Assembly (NCBI GenBank): GCA_038087875.1
Contig: CM075993.1
Span: 3,102,001 to 3,166,000 of the forward strand
Direction of reading: 5' to 3'
DNA length: 64,000 nucleotides
Source of the DNA: Malacoraja senta
Taxonomy: Eukaryota
Part shown: piece by piece, positions 1-14,559 of the stretch
How the letters are laid out: the number at the start of each line of letters is the position of its first letter
Position numbering within the stretch: the first letter of the stretch is position 1
Position numbers and translations under genes: made by a program
The notes under the pieces: generated by a model
What the model saw: the letters and a program-made list of their open reading frames with translations, nothing else
What the model was told of the DNA's origin: nothing
Databases searched by the model: none

Positions 1-1930
<1,930 letters not shown>

Positions 1931-2234
1931 ATGACTACCTTTCCTCTCTTCTGATTCTCTAATCTTGGATTAGTTTACCTGATTAGCCCAAGGGTCACCT
2001 CCAGAACACCAAGCTGCAGGATGGGAGCCGGTCGACTTCAACCTGACGCCGATATTTTGACACCCGTTGCAATTTGCTGGCGCTAGGACGGAGCACACTC
2101 TGAATTATTGAATATTATTCATATTACACCAATGAACTCGTGATCAACGCCAATGAAGACACACCATCAGCGGTCGATGAGCGTGAGGGGGAGTAGAGGA
2201 CAATGGGGACCCAGCGTTGGGGGACAGTAGGAGG

Positions 2235-2678
2235 TAGGGTCGCCAACTGTCCCGTATTAGCCGGGACATCCCGTATATTGGGCCAAATTGGTTTGTCCCG
2301 TACTGGACCGCCCTTGTCCCGTATTTGACTGCTACTACTCGGGTCGAGGGGACTGTCGGGTCGGAGCGCCGCGTCCGGCCCCGCCTCACCCGTCCCGACG
2401 TAGTGCAGCCCGTGGAGTGCAGCAGCAGCAGCAACAGCGCCTCGCCCGTGGCCCCGTCGATCGGTCGGCAGCCCGGCCAGCTGTCCGACCTTCAGACCTT
2501 CGCTTACCGCCGACACCACTACCACCCCTCCTTCTCACGGCCGATCATCGGTTCACGAGTTGCACGGGGCGCCGGACTTTGCGCGCGAGGTCGTGCTCGC
2601 CGGGTCAAAACTCCTCAGCTGGCCTGCCGGCTGGGCTTTGTGTGCAGTCCAGCACCCGGGCCAACTCATCATTCACCT
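2235..2678 (+). mobile_element. One end of a hAT-like non-autonomous DNA transposon
   Basis: Starts TAGGGTCGCCAAC (TAGGGTTGCCA-type hAT terminus), followed by repeated subterminal TCCCGTA motifs and a GC-rich body; no second TIR seen. Confidence 0.5.
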
Positions 2679-2990
2679 CAGATATTATGAGTTTTATTGT
2701 ACTCAGCAAAGCTCCTCTGGGACAGCGTTTTGAGAAACCCTCCCAACTCCTGCAGAAATGCATCAGTCGCGACAAAAAGCACATCATCCCCACATCGTCT
2801 GCATTTCATTTCTGATCTACACAGTGCGTCGAACCCCTTGTAAATCAATACAGACAAATGATTGCTTAGTTATCTGAAATAGGTTCTGCTGTACGAGATA
2901 ACCAGTGCTATAAAAATATGTTAAGCCGTGGGTCCCTGCCCATCGTGATCAGATGCAGCAAGGCCTGAGGTCTGAAGAAGGGTCCCAAAA

Positions 2991-3425
2991 GACTAGGCTT
3001 GTATTCACTGGAGTTTAGAAGGATGAGGGGGGATCTTATAGAAACATATTAAATTATAAAAGGACTGGACAAGCTAGATGCAGGAAAAATGTTCCCAATG
3101 TTGGGCGAGTCCAGAACCAGGGGCCACAGTCTTAGAATAAAGGGGAGGCCATTTAAGACTGAGGTGAGAAAAAATGTTTTCACCCAGAGAGTTGTGAATT
3201 TGTGGAATTCCCTGCCACAGAGGGCAGTGGAGGCCAAATCACTGGATGGATTTAAGAGAGAGTTAGATAGAGCTCTAGGGGCTAGTGGAGTCAAGGGATA
3301 TGGGGAGAAGGCAGGCACGGGTTATTGATTGGGGACGATCAGCCATGATCACAATGAATGGCGGTGCTGGCTCGAAGGGCCGAATAGCATCCTCCTGCAC
3401 CTATTTTCTATGTTTCTATGTTTCT
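2991..3425 (+). mobile_element. CR1-clade (HER1-like) LINE 3' fragment
   Basis: ORF2 C-terminus ...TRGHSLRIKGRPFKTEVRKNVFTQRVVNLWNSLP..., 3' UTR and (TTTCTATG)n tail. Confidence 0.9.
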
Positions 3426-3580
3426 CTCCAGGGACGCTGCCTGTCCCGCTGAGTTTCCCAGCATTTTGTGTCTATCTTCATCCTGTTAGGTTGTACGTTT
3501 CCGAAGCCCAATATATTAATGGATTGACATACCGTATAAGATTCAGAAAAGTCATCTCCAGGTAACAGGCGTAAAGATGT

Positions 3581-3905
3581 CATAAGTTTTTAAGTGATAG
3601 CAGAATTTGCCAATTCGGCCCATCAAGTCTACTCCACCATTCAATCATGGCTGATCTATCTCTCCCTCCTAACCCCATTCTCCTGCCTCCTCCCCATAAC
3701 CCCTGACACCCGTACTAATCAAGAATCTATCTATTTCTGCCTTACTAATCCATTGACTTGATTAGTATGGGTGTCAGGGGTTATGAGGAGGAGGCAGGAG
3801 AATGGGGTTGGGAGTGAGAGATAGATCAGCCATGATTGAATGGTGAATTAGACGTGATGGGCTGAATGGCCTAATTCTACCCCTCTTCCTTATGACCTTA
3901 TGACA
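3581..3905. mobile_element. Two CR1 3' ends head-to-head (inverted pair)
   Basis: 3581-3755 is a minus-strand CR1 3' UTR; 3757-3905 is the same UTR on plus. Confidence 0.85.
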
Positions 3906-4132
3906 TGGTCGCCACAGGCTTCTGTGGCAGTGAATGCCACAGATTCAATCATGGCTGATCTATCTCTCCTTTCTGGACCCCATTCTCCTGCCTTCTCCCA
4001 GTAACCCCTGACACCCACAACAGATGCGTCTGGTACTTTGTGCACAGCAGGTTGCAATGCTGTTGTTGCTGCCGCATTTTGCTTTGAGCATGCATTGCAG
4101 TGATTGAGAATAATGTGAGGTGTGCACAACTG

Positions 4133-4371
4133 GGGCGGCACGGTGGCGCAGCGCCCGAGAACCGGGTTCGATCCCGACTACGGGTGCTGTCTGTACGGTG
4201 TTTGTACGTTCCCCCTATAACCTGCGTGGGTTTTCTCCGAGATCTTCGCTTTCCTCCCACACTCCAAAGACGGACAGGTTCGCCGGTTAATTGGCTTGGT
4301 GTAAGTGTAAAATTGTCCCTGGTGTGTGTGTGTGTGTGTAGTGTTAGTGTGCGGGGAACGCTGGTCGGCGT
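4133..4371 (+). mobile_element. HE1/V-SINE-type tRNA-derived SINE, interrupted by CR1; its tail resumes ~4849-4912
   Basis: GGGCGGCACGGTGGCGCAG A-box head, GGTTCGATCCC B-box, central GGGTTTTCTCC...TTCCTCCCACACTCCAAAGAC domain. Confidence 0.85.
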
Positions 4372-4848
4372 GGAGTCCAGAACCAGGGGTCACAGTTTAA
4401 GAAAAAGGGGTAAGCCATTTAGAATGGAGACGAGGAGAACACTTTTTCTCACAGAGAGTGGTGAGTCTGTGGAATTCTCTGCCTCAGAGGGCGGTGGAGG
4501 CCGGTTCTCTGGATGCTTTCAAGAGAGAGCTAGATAGGGCTCTTAAAGATAGCGGAGTCAGGGGATATGGGGAGAAGGCAGGAACGGGGGTACTGATTGG
4601 GGATGATCAGCCATGATCACATTGAATGGCGGTGCTGGCTCGAAGGGCCGAATGGCCTACTCCTGCACCTATTTTCTATGTTTCTATGTTTCTAAATAAT
4701 CACAGACTGTGCAAACTGTGATGAATCTGTAGTTGTGAGATAAGTAGATGTTTGTATTTGATTACAGCTTTAACACTGGAAGCTAGGAGCAGGTGGCTCG
4801 AAGGGCCGAATGGCCTACTCCTGCACCTATTGTCTATTGTCTATTGAC
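4372..4848 (+). mobile_element. CR1 LINE 3' fragment carrying a templated insertion in its tail
   Basis: ESRTRGHSL... coding remnant, 3' UTR, (TATTGTC)n tail; 4667-4797 is an inverted copy of 5142-5272. Confidence 0.88.
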
Positions 4849-5245
4849 TCAGTGGGGCCAAAGGGCCTGTATCCACACTGTATCTCTAAACTCAACTAAA
4901 CTAATCTAAACTACACTGACCCAAAACGGCTCGGAATATAAACAACATCTGCGGGCACTGTTTCTCAGACCCCTTCTCATTCCCCAAACACTCACCTATT
5001 ACAGAATGTTAACTTCACAACGCCAGCTGGGAAAGACATTATTTTCTTATCAAAAGGTAACTGTGGTTTCCATTGTACCACGGACCTTTGTTCTGTGTTT
5101 ATCTGATCTTGGCGCCCGACCTATGATTAGAAAATGGCCTTGCCACCTGCTCCTAGCTTCCAGTGTTAAAGCTGTAATCAAATACAAACATCTACTTATC
5201 TCACAACTACAGATTCATCACAGTTTGCACAGTCTGTGATTATTT

Positions 5246-5548
5246 AGAAACATAGAAACATAGAAAATAGGTACAGGAGTAGGCCATTCGGCCCTTCGAG
5301 CCTGCACCACCATTCAATATGATCATGGCTGATCATCCAACTCAGTATCCTGTACCTGCCTTCTCTCCATACCCCCTGATCCCTTTAGCCACAAGGGCCA
5401 CATCTAACTCCCTCTTAAATATAGTCAATGAACTGGCTTCAACTACCTTCTGTGGCAGAGAATTCCATAGATTCACCGCTCTCTGTGTGAATTTGTTTTT
5501 CTCATCTCGGTCCTAAAACACTTCCCCCTTATCCTTAAACTGTGACCG
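5246..5548 (-). mobile_element. CR1 LINE 3' fragment
   Basis: (CATAGAAA)n tail then reverse-complement CR1 3' UTR and ORF2 end. Confidence 0.88.
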
Positions 5549-6359
5549 CTTGTCTACCTTGGGTCTACCTTGAGTCCACCTGGGTCTCTGGCACTGTGAG
5601 GCAGCAACTCTACTCTTCAGCCTCTGTGCCACCCCTTATCTTCAATCACCTTCATGTACACCACTGAAGACTCATTGACATTTTTATATTGATGCCTGGA
5701 ACTGATTGATTTAATTAAATGATTAATTGAAAGATACAGTGGAAGTCCTTTGGCCCATCCAGCCCACGTCGATCATCGATCACCCACTCACACCATGTCT
5801 ATTTTACAATGAACGGCAGATGCTGGTTAAAATCGAAGGTAGACGAAATGCTGGAGTAACTCAGCGGGTGAGGCAGCATCTCTGGAGAGAAGGAATGGGC
5901 TGCGTTTTGGACCTTCTCTCCAGAGATACTTCAGACTGATGTCTCTGTTAGACATATCTATGAAACTATTTTTTTTTCAATGGAAACCCATTAACCTACA
6001 AGCCTGCACGCCTTCGGGATGTGGGAGGAAGCCGGAGCAACTGGGTGGAAACCCACGCGGTCACAGGGAGAATTTGCAAACTCCACACAAAGAGCACACA
6101 AAGTCAGGAAAGCTATTCCACTTTCTCCTCCACGGCCAACACGCGAGGGGTGATATTTTATTTTACAGAGGGCCAGTCAACCTACAAATCCACAAGTCGA
6201 TGGGATGTGGGTGGAAAGCGGAGCACCCGGAGGAGACCCACACAGTCACAGCCCACACGTGAGACAGCATCTCTAACAGCAGTTGAGGCAGACACTATCA
6301 TCATCATGTCAGGGGTGAAGGGGAGAAGACAGGAGAATGAGGTTAGGCGGGAGAGATAG

Positions 6360-7092
6360 ATATTTCGCTTGGCCAGCTTACAGCTCAGTGGTATGACCCT
6401 TGATTTCTCTCACTCCAGATCCAAGATAGACCACTCCTTCTAAATGCAATGGGCTGACGTGTAGTACACAACGGAGCGGAACGTGGGCCTTTTTTTCATC
6501 CATTTCCGTAACCCGACCCGACCCGACTCGCAGTGTAATCAACGTTGCGGGGGAACAGTTTGTGTTAATAAATTATAATTCTGAAAATGAGGAGAAGATT
6601 TTTACCAAAGAACTTTTATTTTTACGAGGATGTTTCCGTAACCGGCTTCCGTCCCCGCACTAGTTATCTTTGCTCCGCTACGGGATCTTTGGTGCGGAGA
6701 CGGAAGCCGGTTACGGAAATGGGGCCGAAAATTACCCATGAATCTGCCTGTGACCGTACTACGTCTTTTTCGTCGAGTGGACTATCTTGCTCGCTATAGG
6801 ATCTTTGCTTCAGGTAGCCGCGGCATTCCCTCTCTCTCTATCCCTCCCCCACCCAAGTCGCACCAGCTTCTCATTTTCACCCAACAAACAGCTAACAATG
6901 GCCTGTTTCCTTTTTCATCGTGACGTTTTTGCATATCTTTCATTCATTGTCCTTTATCTCTCCACATCAGCGACGATATCTCTCGTTTCCCTTATCCCTA
7001 CTTCAGTCTGAAGAAGGGTCTCGACCCGAAACGTCACCCACTCCTTCTCTCCAGAGATGCTGCCTGTCCCGCTGAATTACTCCAGCATTTTG
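6360..7092 (+). mobile_element. Penelope-like element 3' end (end of GIY-YIG ORF, UTR, hammerhead motif), split by a DNA element
   Basis: IFRLASLQLSGMTLDFS-like remnant matches the Penelope C-terminus at 56755-57036; resumes at 6808; CTGAAGAAGGGTCTCGACCCGAAACGTC at 7008-7035. Confidence 0.8.
6421..6807. mobile_element. Non-autonomous DNA transposon with CAAAGAT...ATCTTTG-type ends (P-like or hAT-like)
   Basis: Subterminal IR CAAGATAGACCACTC / GAGTGGACTATCTTG; diverged 8-bp TSD CTCCAGAT (6413-6420) / CTTCAGGT (6808-6815); short relative at 24274-24367. Confidence 0.6.
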
Positions 7093-7556
7093 CGGACTGT
7101 CCTTAGCTCTCCTGACATCCGCATCCATTGAGTCGACAGTTGGGAGCCAAACTACGTCAAGCATTAACACTCACAAATCATTTGAGCACCAGTGAACTAA
7201 GGCAGATTTCTGGAATCACTCATCAGGTCCGCTGTTGTTGCCATTGCCTTCACAGAGATGTTTGGCATTCGCAATAGGTTTTCTTTCGCTCCTGACTGAA
7301 CACACTGGGTAAACCATTATGAGTATTTCTTCGAGGAACTGCAGATGCTGGAATCTTGATTTCAGCCGGGATTTGCTCAACGTACCCAACTGAATCATCC
7401 TACCACAACCAGAGAGCAGTGCTGAACTACTATCTACCTCATTGGAGACCCTCGGACTATCCTTGATCGGACTTTGCTGGCTTTAGCTTGCACTAAACGT
7501 TATTCCCTTATCGTGTGTATGAAGGAACTGCAGATGCTGGTTTAAACCGAAGCTAA

Positions 7557-8108
7557 AGGCCTGTCTCACGGGAATGCGGTTACTGGCGGTTACTGGCGGT
7601 GAAGCAGGAAGTCGGGACCGCTCGTGGACCGTCAGAGACCGCGCATGGCCGGTCTCTGGCGGTCCCACGCACACCACCGGGACCGTGCGGTGTTTGTACC
7701 AACACCGCACGGTGCTCACAAAAAGTCGACAATGTTCAAAAATGTTGTCCTACCGCACAGCCGCAGCCAGTGCGGCACGAGCACCCCCACAGCGCCGCGA
7801 GCCGAATTGACGTCATCGCATAGCGCGTTGCGTTGCGCGATGACGTCTTCACCCGACGCCGCGCGACATCCATTCCAGTCGGCCCGTGGGACAGGCCGTG
7901 CGGTGACCACCCGGCATACACGCGTCAACAGCGTTTAATTTTTTTTTACTTACCGCAAGCTCGTGGGACCGGCCGTGCGGAGATCATTCCGCCCCCGCGC
8001 GGCGCTCCCGCGGCATACGTGCGGCGTTCTCGCAGTAGCCGCGCGGTCCCCGCTTCCGGCGACGCCGCGCTTCACCGCCAGTAACCGCCTGCCCGTGGGA
8101 CAGGGCCA
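7557..8108. mobile_element. PIF/Harbinger-like MITE (GC-rich interior) inside a Penelope-derived repeat
   Basis: TIRs AGGCCTGTCTCACGGG / CCCGTGGGACAGGGCC; TAA/TTA flanks. Confidence 0.75.
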
Positions 8109-8225
8109 TTAGACACAGAAAGCTGGAGTAACTTAGCGGGACAGGCAGCATCTCTGGAGAGATGGAATGGGTAACATTTCGGGTCGAGAACCTTCTTCAA
8201 CTTGCTCAACCGCATTTAACCCCTC

Positions 8226-8720
8226 ATGGTCATGCTGACCGGTTGCATCATGGCTTGGTTCGGCAACTTGAGCGCCCAGGAGCGGAAAAGACTACAAAAA
8301 GTAGTAAACACTGCCCAGTCCATCATCGGCTCTGACCTCCCTACCATCGAGGGGATCTATCGCAGTCGCTGCCTCAAAAAGGCTGGCAGCATCATCAAGG
8401 ACCCACACCATCCTGGCCACACACTCATCTCCCCGCCACCTTCAGGTAGAAGGTACAGGAGCTTGAAATCTGAAACCTCCAGGTTCAGGAATAGCTACTT
8501 CCCCACAGCCATCAGGCTATTAAACTCAACTCATACAAAACTCGGAACATTAATAGCTCAATGCACTTTATCTGCTTGTTTATATATATTTATATAATGG
8601 TATATGGACACACTGATCTGTTCAGTATTCACACCTACTATATTCTGTGTACTGAAGCAAAGCAAGAATTTCATTGTCCTATCTGGGACACATGACAATA
8701 AACTCTCTTGAATCTTGAAT
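8226..8720 (+). mobile_element. Rex1/Babar LINE 3' fragment
   Basis: LTGCIMAWFGN...IIKDPHHPGH...PSGRRYRS...FRNSYFPTAIRLLN; tail TGACAATAAA(TCTTGAA)n. Confidence 0.88.
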
Positions 8721-9301
8721 GGTCACGGGCTAAGTCCCAGATCGGTGGTGACCTTTCCTCCTTGTGTTCACGAGTTACACCCAAGCATTTGTCGTGCGTT
8801 TCTGCATCTGATGAACAGGGAGTGGAGCAAAGTTGAAACACAGACCAAAACCTGCCTTCTTCTGCACAGACACCTCTGCCCTGCTCACCACTGAGCCCGT
8901 CCCACAATTAGATATTATAATAATAGCAATGTATTGAAACCCAAATTGTGAATAATAAATTATGACATTTCGAAATCCGGGAAAGAATTAGAAATGTAAA
9001 TTTGCCGGCCCTGGGGGCAGCTCTGCGAAGAGGTGTGATTAGTTTAGGATTACAAATCTGATGTGCGCTGACAGATGCCATTCTGATACCAATTCCTTTT
9101 GACAGCTGTGTTGATAGAGATTAAAGCTAACATTCTGCTTTTCCATGAAAGCAAATTAATTTTGACATTTTTATATGTCTTTCATTAAAATTTATCCAGA
9201 TCCAATGACATAAACGGCATTGGAATTAGCCCGGCCGTTTGCAAATTTCCCAGGCCTAGAAATTGAGGCCCAATTTGAATCAAAAGGGCATTGACAACTA
9301 T

Positions 9302-9637
9302 AAGACAACCTCATCTCCATTACACAGCTACATCTCGTCACCAGATAAAAGCTGTCCCGGGTCTGACCTCCTCAAAGGAGTTTGGGTGAAGCTCAACAGA
9401 CGTGGTACTGGAGTTGGGCGTTTCGATGGCAGCGTGTGGAGATGGGGGCTCCGCCAGAGCCCAGCCTGTGAATGCGGAGCAGAACAACAGACAGCCAACC
9501 ATGTCATCTCTGGGTGCCCGCTCTACCACCCACCAAATGGAGCTCAGGGACACAGAGACAACAACCTGGCTGCTCAACACCCGGCTTGAGATCTAACTAT
9601 TCCTTTGGTTTGTGTTTCATTCGCAAGAAGAAGAAGA
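9302..9637 (+). mobile_element. Vingi/Ingi-like LINE 3' fragment with CCHC zinc knuckle
   Basis: WVKLNRRGTGVGRF...WGLRQSPACECGAEQQTANHVISGCPLY; ends CATTCGCAAGAAGAAGAAG; 9-bp TSD GACAACTAT (9293-9301, 9638-9646). Confidence 0.75.
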
Positions 9638-9707
9638 GACAACTATCTGACCCTTGGGCACACAAATATCCGTGCCAAACATTGTGGTGGCATTCGTGAC
9701 AATGTAT

Positions 9708-9963
9708 ATGTTTCCACTAGTGGGAGAGTCTAGGACTAGAGGTCGTAGCCTTAGCATTAAAGGACGTTCTTTTAGGAAGGAGATGAGGAGGAATGTCTTT
9801 AGTCAGAGGGTGGTGAATCTGTGGAATTCTTTGCCGCAGAAGCCTGTGGAGGCTAAGGGAATGGATATTTTTAAGACGGGTAGATAGATAGATAGATTTT
9901 TGATTAGTACGGGTGTCAGGGGTTATGGGGTGAAGGCGGGAGAATGGGGTTGGGAGGGAGAGA
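9708..9963 (+). mobile_element. CR1 LINE 3' fragment
   Basis: MFPLVGESRTRG...QRVVNLWNSLP; UTR interrupted by a minus-strand Rex-type tail. Confidence 0.85.
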
Positions 9964-10500
9964 TTCAAGATTCAAGACTCAAGAGAGTTTATTGTCATGT
10001 GTCCCAGATAGGACAATGAAATTCTTGCTTTGCTTCAGCACAACAGATAGAGATAGTGGTGGAGTAAACTTGATGGGCCGAATGGCCTAATTCTATTCCT
10101 ATCACTTATTACCTTACGACCTTAGGACATCTGTTATATATATATATATATATATATATATAGATAGATATAGATATATATAGATATAGATATATATATA
10201 TATACATATTCACATTCTTTGTGTGGAATCCATGGAGCCTAAACTCATTCAACTCAGCAAGTCTTAGCCAGCATCATCAGAGACCCACACCATCCTGGCC
10301 ACACACTCAATTCACCCCTGCCATCGGGAAGAAGGTACAGGAGCCTGAAAACTGTAACGTCCAGGTTCAGGAACAGCTTCTTCCCTCAGGCTATAAAACT
10401 ACAACCTCAAATAAGCTCTGAACTACAGAGACTATTATTGTTATTACTGCACTATTATTGTCTGTTTGCTTGTGTGCGTGTGTGTATATATATATATATA

Positions 10501-10902
10501 AGGTAGACAAAAATGCTGGAGAAACTCAGCGGGTGAGGCAGCATCTATGGGGCGAAGGAATAGGTGACGTTTCCGGTCGAGACCAGGAAGCATCTATGGA
10601 GTGAAGGAATAGGTGACGTTTCGGGTCGAGACCAGGAAGCATCTATGGAGCGAAGGAATAGGTGACGTTTCCGGTCGAGACCAGGAAGCATCTATGGAGT
10701 GAAGGAATAGGTGACGTTTCGGGTCGAGACCAGGAAGCATCTATGGAGCGAAGGAATAGGTGACGTTTCGGGTCGAGACCCTTCCGGGTCTCGACCCGAA
10801 ACGTCACCTATTCCTTCGCTCCATAGATGCTGCCTCACCCGCTGAGTTTCTCCAGCATTTTTATGCCTTCGATTTTTCCAGCATCTGCAGTTCTTTCTTA
10901 AA
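10501..10902. mobile_element. Head-to-head Penelope-derived repeat with internal 49-bp tandem array
   Basis: Minus copy 10501-10783 includes five 49-bp units; plus copy 10786-10902 is its reverse complement. Confidence 0.85.
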
Positions 10903-10910
10903 CACATATA

Positions 10911-12038
<1,128 letters not shown>

Positions 12039-12769
12039 TCTCTTGTTTATATACCATAATTTCCGTTGTGCTAGCTGCAAGTAAGAATTTCATTGTTCTA
12101 TCTGGGACCTATGACAATAACACACTCTTGACTTGCGACTGTTACCCTGTAGAAACAAGGAACTGCAGATGCTGGTTTGCAAAAAAAACCCGACACAAAT
12201 ACACTCAGCGGGTCAGGCAGCATCCATGGAGAACATAGATAGGTGACGTTGCGGGTCACTTTTATGACCTTGTGAAAGAAATTGACAGTCGACGGCAATT
12301 GGCGACAACTATTGGAAATATTGGGAAGGGAACAAGTTAAAAGATTTTGCTGGGAAAATGGCATGCAAATTACCTTACAGAAACTCAATTACATCCTCTC
12401 AATGCAAAAGAGGTTTCAGAGTCACTCGGACAGAGCATAATTATACCCTTGTATTTCACCGAGGATTTTACTTGTTTCACTAGCAGGAGCTGCATTTATC
12501 TGAATTTCAGCTGAGTTCAAATTTGCACTTAGCACTGGACTTTAATGTTCCCACACAGCCCCAGCTGCCTGAGCATCTGTGGTGTCTGAAGACGGGTCTC
12601 GACCCGAAACGTCACCCATTCCTTCTCTCCAGAGATGCTGCCTGTCCCACTGAGTTACTCCAGCACTTTGTGTCTATCTTCGAGGCAAAGGGATTGATTG
12701 ATTGATACATTATTATTGATTGCTACTTTATTGTCTCATGTAAGATGTCACAGCAAAATTTAGACTACT

Positions 12770-13302
12770 TTAGTTTGGAGAGGAAGTTTAGTTTAGGAAG
12801 CAGGCCTTTTGGCCCACCGTGTCCCCACTGACCAGCGATCCCCGCACATTAACACTACCCTACACACACTGGGGACAATTTACACCTATATACCAGTCAG
12901 TCAACCTACAAACCTGTACGTCTTTGGAGTGTGGGAGGAAACCGAAGATCTCGGATAAAACCCACGCAGTCACGGGGAGAACGTACAAACTCCGTACAGA
13001 CAGCACCCGCAGCCACAAACAAGGTATGCAAAGAGTTGCCACATATAGGTTCGATCCTGACCACGGGCGCTGTCTGTACGGAGTTTGTACGTCCTTCCCG
13101 TGACCTGCGTGGGTTTTCTCCGGGTGCTCTGGTTTCCTCCCACACTCCAAAGACGCACAGGTTTGTAGGCTACTTGGCTTTGTAAATTAGTAAATTGTCC
13201 ATAGTGTGTGTAGGATATTGTTAGTGTGCGGGGATCGCTGGTCGGTGCGGACTTGGTGGGCCGAAGGGCCTGTTTCTACGCTGTATGTCTGAACTAAACT
13301 AA
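12770..13302. mobile_element. Two HE1-type SINEs in inverted orientation (minus ~12770-13012, plus ~13047-13302)
   Basis: Both carry the central domain and the GGGCCGAAGGGCCTGTTTC...(CTAAA)n tail. Confidence 0.85.
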
Positions 13303-13536
13303 AAAAAAGTGGGATCAAATAGGCGGCCATTCAGCCTCTTAAGCCTTGCTATAAAATCATGGGAGGTGCAATCTTCTCAACTCCAATCTCTTGTCCACTC
13401 CCAATCATCTCCCTCGGCCATGGTTACAATTAAAACTATATCAAAGGCGGATTCTGCTTTGTTGTAGATAGTTCTTGTTGAGTAAATCAAATGCTGCATT
13501 TCCTACATGATAACAATGAGAATATTGATTGTGTTA

Positions 13537-13762
13537 AGGCCCTGTCCCACCATGCGGGTTTACCCAAGAGCTCTACCGAGCTTGAAAAAAAATCAAACTC
13601 CTGTTAAGTACGTAGAATGTACGTAGCGGGTACGTGGGAGCTCGTGGATGTCTCGTAGCGGCTCGCAACGCTAACGGCAGGTACTCGGGAAACGCGGAAA
13701 CTCGTGAAGTTTTTTCAACAGTGTGAAAAATTTCCAAGAGTAAAAAAAATACTCGTGATGAA
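13537..13762. mobile_element. Truncated Harbinger-like MITE
   Basis: One TIR AGGCCCTGTCCCAC after TTA; interior similar to 45518-45815. Confidence 0.7.
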
Positions 13763-14559
13763 GTACCACTGCGCACGCGCGGAGAGATAGCGTCTTTTTG
13801 CGTCACCGGCAACTGCAGGCGTGGATGGTCTCAATTTCCCCCCCCCCCCAAAATCATCCAGTTTCGGGTAATTTCCGTCAAAGTGGAAATGTTGATTGCG
13901 CTCCAAATTTTTTTTTCTTTTTTTTTCTCGGGATTTTATTTTACTGTGGGGAAAAAAAGGTGGGTGCGACACCCAACACCCCCCCCCCCCCCTTCGGACG
14001 GCCATGCAAAGCCTTCAGATACCTAAGGATGTCACGAAGTCAAGAAGTCAAGAGTTTATTGTCATGTGTCCCAGAGAGGACAATGAAATTCTTGCTTTGC
14101 TGCAGCACAACAGAATATTGTGGGCATAAATACGGATCAGATCAGTGTTTCCATATACCATAGACCATATATATATATATATACACACACATATGTAAAC
14201 AGATAAAGTGCACCACAATGATGTGCACCACTAAACAGATGTCGCCACAAAGATACTACCAACGCAGAATATCTTTGCTCTCATTTATTTATGTTTTTGT
14301 AGCATGGAATTAAAGTAGCAAAGAGCACAATGTGGTTAATAAAAAAAGTAGTTATGCCACAAGGGAGCTGTAAAGAATGACACAGCATTCTGCACGACCA
14401 TAAACACACACACACACACAGATTTTATTCAAAGCAATTACTAATTAACTACAAGTCAATTGATTTTCTTGTTTGCTTGTAAACTAGTAATCAGCTCACA
14501 CTATGGATTCTCAACTGAGGTTCTTGATTGGGAGCTTTTATGTTGAGGCCACACCATTG

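Noticed and set aside
7557..8108. CpG island or promoter
   Set aside because: The CpG-rich stretch lies wholly within MITE TIRs; likewise 29668-30023 and the GC-rich retroposons at 36.2 and 42.1 kb.
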